From contig OZ025679.1 in the NCBI GenBank assembly GCA_964019335.1, positions 547,608 to 611,607 on the forward strand: DNA of 64,000 bases. Reading direction: 5' to 3'. A program made the translations under genes and the position numbers. The first letter of the stretch is position 1. Each line of letters starts with the position of its first letter. The stretch is from Diplonema japonicum. Its lineage: Eukaryota; Protista; Euglenozoa: Diplonemea. Below the pieces are notes generated by a model. It did no database searches. It worked only from the letters and a program-made list of their open reading frames with translations, and was not told the DNA's origin. Shown here in pieces: positions 55,001-64,000 of this stretch.

Positions 55001-56719
55001 GACTCGTGCTCTAGAATAGGGCAGCCACTTGCTCTTGAGTTTACACCGTTTTACTGCCCACCTGAAATGGCTAAGAAGCGTAAAAACGGCAATGACTTAG
55101 CAGCGCACCCCTCGTTTGATTTGTGGAGCTTGGGAGCTGTGATTTACGAGTGTTTGTGTGGGGAACGGTTGTTCTCGTCTCATGACACATGCGAGTCTGT
55201 TGTAGACTGGCTTGCGAGTGAGGACCTTGTTGTCAACAATTTCGTGAACAGCAGGCTGCAACGTGCAACATCACTGAATCCGCTTCTAGGAACACTTCTG
55301 ACGGGAGTTCTTGTGTCAGATCCTATCTTGAGAAAGGACACACAATGGTGTTGGGAGTTGCTTGCAAGTGGCGGGTATCTGACTGATTCGGCACCCGCTC
55401 CTGTTGAGCTAAGGCCCTTTCCTAGCTCCGTGCCTCAGAATATCAGCTTATTAAAAATGTGTGAAACTGATTTCAGCGGCGAGGAAGCTTTATTCAAGAC
55501 AGTCGCCACGCCATGCTCGCTCATCACGGCGACAGCTATGTGTGAACCGCCAAGCACTATCCTCCTTGCTGATCACGACGCGTATTCGAGCCTCTCCTTG
55601 CTGCGAGCTTACTCCTTGCGAATGGACTATCACGGGCGGCTGCCTACCAACGACTACGACGATACTGATACCAATTGGCATTTCCCTCTGCACAGAGATA
55701 TTCAAGACCCCAGACACGAGAAGGAGCCCGATGCGAAGAAAGAATCATCGCAGGGCGATTGGGTGACGCGAAGCCCTTCTATCCTGCTGAAGACTTTTTC
55801 CTGGAAAGACCTGCAGAAGAGAATTGCGGACGTGTCAACTACGGGTGACGACCGTGATCAGAAGGCTTGCCTCACGCGACTGACGGACGATATCTCCCCG
55901 TTTTTTTCCGAATGGAAGAAGTCAGGTATTGCGTACAACCCAGTCAGCACTTTTTATGCGAAGAACCACACTCCGGTCCCTCGACAGAAGAACAAAAGAA
56001 CAGGATTGCCCGTGAACACAGGGGATGGCTCGCGTGACTTAGATTTTATTCGAACACTTCCAAAGACGATGAAGGCAGACACCCCTCCTAGCCGCATTGT
56101 GCCGAGGGAGAGGTGCTTCTGCGGGAAGTCTCTCGTGGGACAGCAGCTTCAAGATGTGCATAAGTCAATCACAACACGAATTACTAAGAAAGAAGGCATT
56201 GTGTGCGACAGCACACTCTGGATACAGCCCCCAGGCAGCCTCAAGACGTCGCAGGGGTCTCATCCCAAATGGGTGGCAGACGCAGATGCGCTTTTGGGAA
56301 TGGACAAAGCTGCTAAGTGCCCTAGTGGTCATGTGCTGAAGGATGTGAAGACGAGCATAGAAGTGACATATTGTGATTCATGCCACCAGACTTCTTTTCC
56401 GTGCTGCTCTTTCCTCAAGCACTGCGGCCTTTGCAGCTATCATCAGTGCGATGCTTGTTCTAAAGACATGAGGTCGGCTTTAAAGAGAAATCTGAAGCAC
56501 CTAGAGCACCCGCAAACACCTGCTCTGGCATCCATTGTGCAACGCCCCTTGGGCACGCCCGCTACTCCTTATGAGACATATGGCGGTGTCAAGATACCTG
56601 TGTCGGCAATGACGAAGGCACGCAACAAGTCGATTCAGCGAGACCGTGAAATGAAAGACAGCAGGTCTCCACCACGCCTCCACCTCAATAATGTGAACGG
56701 GAGGCCAAAGGTGATCTAG
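52012..56719 (+). CDS. EF-hand + WD40 + protein-kinase-like + Zn-finger protein; 2 introns
   Basis: EF-hand DCDKDGKIDW; GH...WD repeats; intron 54121-54154 fuses the 719-aa and 850-aa ORFs; in-frame intron 54311-54346; kinase motifs VALK, HGDIKSKN, IIDLD, YCPPE and DLWSLG. Confidence 0.8.
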
Positions 56720-56786
56720 TTGCGAAAGCGACAACTCCCTTTTTTTCTTTTTTTTTTCACCCTTCATCTTTTTATAGGTTTCAATT

Positions 56787-58928
56787 ATGACTCTCTGTAT
56801 ACTTGCCTCGGGCTTTCTTGTCGCTGCTGCTGCGCCTGCAGAGGTGGCTTGCAACGTGAGCACAGATGTGTACGCGTGCAACAGGCGCAACGTATGTGAG
56901 TGGTCCAGTGCGACGTTGTCTTGCGAGGTATCACCATGCGTGGCTCACCAGTGGGAGGCGGAGTGCAGGGCGGGCAACTGCGTGTGGGGGGGCGGGTCAT
57001 GCACAAGGAAGCACGATTGCTACTACCCTGGGGACCCGGCTGCTTGTGAGGCCGACCCCCTGTGTGTTCTGGAACAGGGGGTGTGCACCATGAAGAAGTG
57101 TGGCCACAACAACGAGCAGGACTGCTTGTCGGGCCCCCATATGTGCGTTTGGAACAACATCTTAGAGGAATGTGTAGAATGGCCTTCTTCACTTGGTGTT
57201 CCCGACACGGCAGTACCCACCACACCTCCTGACACACCTACTCCTACCGTGGGGTGTAGCAACAAGTACAACGAGAATGACTGTCTGTCGGGACCCGAAA
57301 TATTTGTTTGGGTCGAAATCCTAAGCAGGTGTTTTGACACTAGGACCGATACACCGCCCACAAGGAGTCCCTCCAACGCTCCCGACACTGCAGTCCCCAC
57401 CGTACCTCCTACCTCTTCCCCCACACCAGTCCCCACTCACGGTAGGACCTGCACACCAGAAACCATTGTCCCGATAGGCACTGCTGCTCCCACCCCGTTG
57501 CCAAACAAACCCGGCCAGCGGAGCCATGCTACCCTGGTGGGGGCAGTGCGAGCACATGCACGTCGAACCAGGCGACGTGGTGCCCGTCGATGGGGGGCAC
57601 GGTGCCAGCGCCCCCTCCGACTCCAACGCCGGCGACCCCTCCGCCCGGACCGTCTGCGAAGGCGGAGGAGGACAGCAGAATGATCGCCTACGTCGGGAAC
57701 TGGCAGGCCTGCCCCACGGACGCACAGATGAACGCCTGCACACACGTGCTCGTGTCCTTCGCGGTGTCCTACACGTGGAACCCCGGGAAGAACACCTGCA
57801 ACGAGCAATGCGAGATCACGTCGCCCGTGCCAGTGTGCGGGAACGCCCCGCAGCCTGCACTCGTGCAGAAGTGGCGCGCGGCAGGGAAGAAGGTAATCCT
57901 ATCCTTCGGCGGGGCCGGGATGGGGGGCTCTTGGGACGGGCTGGACGACTGCTGGGAGTACTGCTACGGGAAGGAGGACTCCGTGATCCAGCAGCTGGTG
58001 CAGATCGCAAAAGACCAAAACTTCGACGGGGTGGACATCGACTACGAGTACTACTACGAGGACGGGCAGAGGGGGTCCTCCTTCGCGAAGGGGGCACAGG
58101 CGCAGAAGTTCTTGAGGGACGTGACGGTCGGGCTGAGGCAGAGCCTCCCCTCCGGGAGCGAGGTCTCGCACGCCCCGATGGACATCGACATGAAGCAGGG
58201 GACCGGCTACTACAACGTCATCAAGGAGGTGGCGAGCTCCATGGACTTCCTCATGCCGCAGTACTACAACGGGGTGACCCGCCCCAACTCGGACGGGATC
58301 AACGGCGGGGTTTATGAGTCCGCCCTGGCACACTACAAGACCCTCGTGACGGACTGCTCGGGAACGACCCCACGAAGGTGGTCTTCGGCTTCTGCATCAG
58401 CGACTGCGGGGGGACCTCGTCGAACAGCAACGCGCAGCAGGCCATCAGCGTGATGGAGGACTTGAACAAGGAGTACGCCTGCAACGGGGGAGCCTTCTTC
58501 TGGGTCACCAACGGGGCCTGGTCACAGGCTGTCTCCAGCACCGTCACCCCTTCCAGGGGGTGCAAGGGTCACGGGAACAACAACCCCAACCCCGTTTCTA
58601 CCCCTGTCCGTACCCCTGTTCCTACCCCTCAGCCCACCCCTGCTCCTACCCCTCAGCCCACTCCTGCTCCTACCCCGAAGCCTGATGATGTTGTTGTTGT
58701 TGCTGATCCTCGCACCCGGTTCCCACCCCCGCTCCTACTCCTCAGCCCACCGCTGCCTCCACACCGGTCCCCACCTCGGACGCCCGCAGGGTCGGTGCAT
58801 GGGGTGGGTGCCTCTCGGACCCCAACTGCTGCGAGGCTGGACTGTCTTGCTACCAGCAGAACCAGTGGTGGGCCAGGTGTCTGTCTACTTGCAACTACGC
58901 ACCCGAGTGCGTGAAGATCGGCAACTGA
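56787..58928 (+). CDS. Secreted modular GH18 chitinase with three apparent single-base frameshifts (pseudogene or assembly errors)
   Basis: Signal peptide, Cys-rich repeats, PT linkers. GH18 motifs KVILSFGG, FDGVDIDYE and LMPQYYN. C-terminal CBM1-like WGGC..CC..G..CYQQNQWWARC. Frame changes near 57460, 58345 and 58716. Confidence 0.85.
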
Positions 58929-59560
58929 AGGAACACAACAACAACAACAACATAGAAACAAAAGATATTAGTGCTCCCTTTTACTAAATAGATACGATAC
59001 GCGCAAACCCTTTGCTGTCGATCTTCCTTTTGAGGGAAGAACAACTATTATTTGTGCAGCGTGGCCAACGGTGTCGCCTGTTTACTTTTTTTTTTTCCCC
59101 GAATTTAAAAATTTATTTGTGTCCACTTGTGGTAAATGTTATTTTGTAAGAAGTACCATTCAAAAACTACGGCTCGGAGGAGCAGGGTGTGCAGATGATG
59201 ACACTTGTCCCTTCCCTTAACGCCGCTCTTTCAAAAAAGAAGGAAAAAAAAAGCCGAAAGCTTTCTCCTTTTTAATATATATTTGCTTCTAAAGCTTCTT
59301 CCTCTCTCTTTCTTTTGTTTCCTTTTCCCTTTCCTCTCAACGGTGAGTTCCCCCGCACACTGACCCTCTATCTCCCCTTTACCCCCTTTATGTATAGTGG
59401 AAAGCCAAATAAAACTCAGAAGGAGGAAGTGGGAGCTTCGCTTTTATAAAGGTATCTCCAAACTATTACTATTTCTACATCGAAGTCCGTCCCCTTCCAA
59501 CCGTCTACTGCTCCCTCGTCAACATCGACTATTTTGTTTTCATTGTAGCCATGTTTCGGG

Positions 59561-59594
<34 letters not shown>

Positions 59595-59748
59595 TCTACC
59601 TTTTTTTTTTCTTCCATCTCTTTTCTCGTGTTTTACTTTTTTACAGTATATTTTTGTGTTTTTTTTTCCCTCCCCCACCAGCAATCTTTTTCAATCTCCC
59701 AACACAAGGAAATGCGCATTTTGCGAACAGAGTTTTGCACACGGCCTC

Positions 59749-59792
59749 CGATGACCCCCTTTGCGGAGTGCACCGTGACTTGTCCTCTCTGA
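59749..59792 (+). ncRNA. Candidate compact box C/D snoRNA (copy 1 of 5; others at 59970, 60302, 60515, 60733)
   Basis: CGATGA ... CTGA. GACTTGTCCTC lies one nt upstream of the D box and is antisense to the SSU rRNA motif GAGGACAAGUC (kinetoplastid-type version, from recall). Confidence 0.6.
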
Positions 59793-60152
59793 GATGTGAA
59801 GTTTAAACAAAGGCACCTGGCTTGCACCCTCATTCTGGATTCTGGCTGCTTTCCCATGCGGCAGAGTGAACTTACCGCTGACGGGGAGAAGCACACACAG
59901 CATACACATCAGCCTGTTGTTGTCCACTCTTATTTTTCCGAAGAAAAACAGAGTTTTGCACACGGCCTCCGATGACCCCCTTTGCGGAGTGCACCGTGAC
60001 TTGTCCTCTCTGAGATGTGAAGATGAAAGGAAGGCAAAAGGCGGGGTGATTTCCGATGATGGGGTTTTGCACAATCACTCTGAGATTCTGAGTTTCTCGG
60101 TTTGAAAAGCTTTTTTCTTGTGATAAACACTTACCACTGGGAAACACTTTCC

Positions 60153-60232
60153 ATGATGCACAAAGCACGTCATGCACCACTCTGACTTCTGTTTGATGAT
60201 TTCCAAACACACAATCACTTCACCAACGCTGA
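60153..60232 (+). ncRNA. Candidate double-guide box C/D snoRNA
   Basis: C ATGATG(C) 60153, D' CTGA 60182, C' TGATGA 60194, D CTGA 60229. Guide CATGCACCAC is antisense to SSU GUGGUGCAUG; guide AATCACTTCACCAAC is antisense to SSU GUUGGUGGAGUGAUU with one G-U pair. Confidence 0.75.
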
Positions 60233-60962
60233 TCCGTCTCTACCCTCCCTCCCTCCCCATGGGGTGGTTATCTTTTCCAACAGAGTTTTGCACACGGCCT
60301 CCGATGACCCCCTTTGCGGAGTGCACCTTGTCCTCTCTGAGATGTGAAGTTTAAACAAAGGCACCTGGCTTGCACCCTCATTCTGGATTCTGGCTGCTTT
60401 CCCATGCGGCAGAGTGAACTTACCGCTGACGGGGAGAAGCACACACAGCATACACATCAGCCTGTTGTCCACTCTTATTTTTCCGAAGAAAAACAGAGTT
60501 TTGCACACGGCCTCCGATGACCCCCTTTGCGGAGTGCACCGTGACTTGTCCTCTCTGAGATGTGAAGTTTAAACAAAGGCACCTGGCTTGCACCCTCATT
60601 CTGGATTCTGGCTGCTTTCCCATGCGGCAGAGTGAACTTACCGCTGACGGGGAGAAGCACACACAGCATACACATCAGCCTGTTGTCCACTCTTATTTTT
60701 CCGAGGAAAAACAGAGTTTTGCACACGGCCTCCGATGACCCCCTTTGCGGAGTGCACCGTGACTTGTCCTCTCTGAGATGTGAAGATGAAAGGAAGACAA
60801 AAGGAGTGTTGGTTTACACCCTTATTCTGGATTCTGGCTGCTTTCCCAAACTTACCACTTTACTAACATGGGAGCACCCCACACACACACTCACACAATA
60901 CACAACAAAAAGGTTAACTTTTTAACAACAAAAAGACAAAAGACCAAAAAACCCCCACAAAA

Positions 60963-61604
60963 ATGAGCTCCCCTCTTGCTTTGTTGTCTGTGATGATGGC
61001 TGTGGTGGCTGTGGTTGGAGCAGCGGAGCCGATTCAGTGCGGGGGGATCGCAGGCCTTGGCTGCCCCTCTGGGTTGGAGTGCATCCCGGACCCTCGGAAC
61101 ACGGGGTGTGTGAAGGAGTGCGGGGTGGGAGCGGACTGCGGGGGGATCTGTGCGAGGAGGAAGTACGGGGAGTGCGGGGGGATCGCTGGGCTGAAGTGCA
61201 GGGGAGAGGAGATGTGTGTGGACACTGTGGCTGACGGGTGCAACGCAGGGTGCAACGGGAGGGACTGCCTCGGGAACTGCTTCGAGGTGAAGGTGGAGAA
61301 GGAGTGCGGGGGCTTTGCGGGGCTGCAGTGCGGGACTGGGGGGACCTGCATGTACAGGAAGGAGTGTAGCCCTGACTGCGGGGGTGCGGACTGCCTCGGG
61401 GTGTGCGCGAAGACAACCGGGCAGGCCTGTGGCGGGATCCACCCCACCACCTGCGGGGCGGACGAGGAGTGCTTCGACGTCGCGCACGATGGCTGCCACC
61501 CGGAGTGCAACGGGAGGGACTGCCTCGCCCTCTGCGGGAGGATCATGTTCGCAACAACCGCAGAGCTCCCCAGGAGAATTGTGAGGAGGGAGAGAAGAGA
61601 GTGA
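60963..61604 (+). CDS. Secreted Cys-rich protein with four CGG(I/F)xx repeats
   Basis: Signal peptide; repeats CGGIAGLxC...C...GxDCxGxC. Confidence 0.8.
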   Translation: MSSPLALLSVMMAVVAVVGAAEPIQCGGIAGLGCPSGLECIPDPRNTGCVKECGVGADCGGICARRKYGECGGIAGLKCRGEEMCVDTVADGCNAGCNGRDCLGNCFEVKVEKECGGFAGLQCGTGGTCMYRKECSPDCGGADCLGVCAKTTGQACGGIHPTTCGADEECFDVAHDGCHPECNGRDCLALCGRIMFATTAELPRRIVRRERRE

Positions 61605-62380
61605 ATGAATAAGAAAAAAGAGAAAAAAATATAGAGAATAAAAAAGAGACCCCCCCCCTCTCTCTCTATTTTTTTAACCATGATAGCAAACACCTCCTGT
61701 CCTGTGTGTCTCAAAAAGGGACGGTGTTTTTTTTTTGTTGGTGTTTGTTTTTGTTTTTGTTTTGAAAATCTTCAAGTTTTCTCCTTTTTTCTTTTTTAAA
61801 AAAAAAAGAAATAAAGGTGGGGGAAGGATGAGGGATTCCCGGATCAGGGACCCCCAGTCTCTCCTATACATTTCCCCTCCTTTCTTTTTCTTTAGGTGCG
61901 GCTTTGTTGCTAACACTCGCCCATCGCAAAATGAATTAATTCTTTTTCTTTTCTTTTCCTCCTCTCTCGATTTGTTGCTTTCTGCCAGATTATTGTCCCT
62001 TTTCCCAAAACCACACACACCCCTTCATGTGGCTCTTTCGAGGGTACTGATCCATGAAGGAGGGTGTGTGTTTGGGGGGAGGTGGCTCCTCTGTTGCAAT
62101 TACTTTCAACACTACCCATTTTTGTTTCCTTTTTAAAATTTTCTTCGTCGATAATTTCGAGAAGAATATATAACAGCCCAATGTGTTTTTCCATTCTATT
62201 TTCTAAGAACTTAAGCGATCGCTGCTTTTCCCTCTCTTTCTTTTTTTTTTCCCTTCTTCATTATATTGCATACTTTTTTTTTGTAAAAATAACACACACA
62301 CACACAGGTTTCTCTGAGGGGGGTATCGACAACAACAACAACAAAAGAAAAATAAAACAAACACACACAAGAATCACATC

Positions 62381-63262
62381 ATGCGGGTTCTGCTGCTGCT
62401 TCTCTGTGTGGTAAATGGGGTGCTGGGGAATCCCCCAATGTGCTTGACCTCGGAGCCTTCTTTGAGCGAACCTTTGTGCAAGTCTAAAATGTGCGTGGAG
62501 TGTAAGGGTAATCCTTGTTTACCGACGGAACCCGAAAGTGACGATCGAAACTGCAAGTCCTTTTCCTGCGGGGAGAACGATGCGGTCAAGAGGCAGTGCC
62601 CCTGTCACTGCAACAAAAATAGGGTTACGTCGTTGCCGAAGGTAACGGCCACGCGAAAATGCAAGGCGGACCTTGACGTGGGCAAGACGTGCGTGATGGA
62701 CGAGATGAACAAGGACCAGCAGGACGTGATCGAGAAGCTGCACAACGACTTCCGGAAGAAGCACGGGGCGTGCCCCTTGGTGTGGAACAAGGATCTTGCG
62801 AAGATGGCAAGAGACAGCACCAAGCTGATCCCGTACTGCGACCTAACCACCACGGGAAACCCCCACACGACCGGCCTCGGGGACGAGATCACCTTGGACG
62901 GCAAGAAGTACAGCAGGAAGGAGAACCTCCTGAGGGGCTATGGGAACCTCAGGGACAAGGATGGCTCGGGGGATTTCGACGGGGTGGACAACTGGAACTT
63001 TGCGACGGACGGCACCGCAAACGTGGGATCCTGGTACTGCGATGAGGCGGGGTGCTTCGACTACACGACGATGAAGGAGAAGACGGGGATCGTGGACGCG
63101 AATGGGAAGCCTGTGAGCGCGGCGAATGTGAAGACAGGGCACATGACGGCGATGCTGGACACGACAGCTGTGGCGATAGGGTGTGCTGCGTGCGAGTATA
63201 GGGGGTCGACTGTGTTTTCGCCCACCTTTACGAACTACTACTCGTTCTACACCCTGATGTGC
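62381..63262 (+). CDS. Secreted CAP/SCP (PR-1-like) domain protein; 3' end runs into the octamer array (absent from the ORF track)
   Basis: Signal MRVLLLLLCVVNGVLG; Cys-rich N-terminus; CAP motifs LHNDFRKKHGACPLVWNKDLAKMA, KENL, SWYCDE, GHMTAML..AVAIGCA and YTLMC. No stop codon before the window end. Confidence 0.85.
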
Positions 63263-64000
63263 CCGCAAACCCGCAAACCCGCAAACCCGCAAACCCGCAA
63301 ACCCGCAAACCCGCAAACCCGCAAACCCGCAAACCCGCAAACCCGCAAACCCGCAAACCCGCAAACCCGCAAACCCGCAAACCCGCAAACCCGCAAACCC
63401 GCAAACCCGCAAACCCGCAAACCCGCAAACCCGCAAACCCGCAAACCCGCAAACCCGCAAACCCGCAAACCCGCAAACCCGCAAACCCGCAAACCCGCAA
63501 ACCCGCAAACCCGCAAACCCGCAAACCCGCAAACCCGCAAACCCGCAAACCCGCAAACCCGCAAACCCGCAAACCCGCAAACCCGCAAACCCGCAAACCC
63601 GCAAACCCGCAAACCCGCAAACCCGCAAACCCGCAAACCCGCAAACCCGCAAACCCGCAAACCCGCAAACCCGCAAACCCGCAAACCCGCAAACCCGCAA
63701 ACCCGCAAACCCGCAAACCCGCAAACCCGCAAACCCGCAAACCCGCAAACCCGCAAACCCGCAAACCCGCAAACCCGCAAACCCGCAAACCCGCAAACCC
63801 GCAAACCCGCAAACCCGCAAACCCGCAAACCCGCAAACCCGCAAACCCGCAAACCCGCAAACCCGCAAACCCGCAAACCCGCAAACCCGCAAACCCGCAA
63901 ACCCGCAAACCCGCAAACCCGCAAACCCGCAAACCCGCAAACCCGCAAACCCGCAAACCCGCAAACCCGCAAACCCGCAAACCCGCAAACCCGCAAACCC
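63262..64000. repeat. Perfect (CCCGCAAA)n octamer array, at least 92 units, truncated by the window edge
   Basis: Read directly; no variant unit seen. Confidence 0.98.

Larger units (their letters stand above)
59727..60850. repeat. Tandem array of a ~218-bp unit (five copies of its core) with one unique insert
   Basis: Core ACAGAGTTTTGCACACGGCCTCCGATGA...CTGAGATGTGAAG recurs with CGATGA at 59749, 59970, 60302, 60515 and 60733. Confidence 0.95.

Noticed and set aside
3730-58333. Long minus-strand ORFs (e.g. 3730-4761, 15253-16197, 16328-17260)
   Set aside because: Antisense shadows of codon-biased plus-strand genes with no recognisable motifs.
59727-60850. CRISPR array or coding repeat
   Set aside because: Units are ~218 bp and near-identical with no unique spacers of regular length, there are no cas genes, and the ORFs are short shadows.
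62843-63996. Minus-strand ORFs encoding (LRVCGFAG)n
   Set aside because: Translations of the octamer array, which has no stop in any frame; the unique part is the antisense of the CAP gene.
63262-64000. Ordinary chromosome-end telomere
   Set aside because: The C-rich strand reads toward the right end, opposite to telomere polarity, and the window does not show a contig end. Kept only as an open alternative.

Overview
Eukaryotic nuclear DNA, most likely a euglenozoan and probably a diplonemid. This is inferred from gene organisation and protein families, not from a search. About 32 protein genes all lie on the + strand. They form dense blocks separated by 1.5-4 kb spacers rich in homopolymer runs, and many start a few nt after a YAG that looks like a spliced-leader trans-splice acceptor. 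I can place 39 very short GT-AG introns (30-44 nt, 33 with a GTATG donor), which change many ORF-track models. Recognisable genes include CLP1, ISY1, metaxin, acyl-protein thioesterase, a kinesin-4-like motor, an RsfS/MALSU1-domain protein, a GcvT-family protein, an ankyrin-sirtuin fusion, a TRIM-like RING/B-box protein, a Gemin8-like protein, a probable divergent TFIIF-beta, a PAS-only sensor, a pseudo-nucleotidyl cyclase and an EF-hand/WD40/kinase fusion. Non-genic elements include an internally deleted piggyBac (TTAA TSD, 13-bp TIR) nested in a TA-flanked TIR element, several long hairpins in the spacers, and a ~218-bp tandem array carrying candidate box C/D snoRNAs with SSU-rRNA antisense elements. 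The right end is a compositionally distinct block of secreted Cys-rich proteins: a frameshifted GH18 chitinase, a CGGxAG-repeat protein and a CAP protein missed by the ORF track. The CAP gene runs without a stop into a perfect (CCCGCAAA)n array that reaches the window end.
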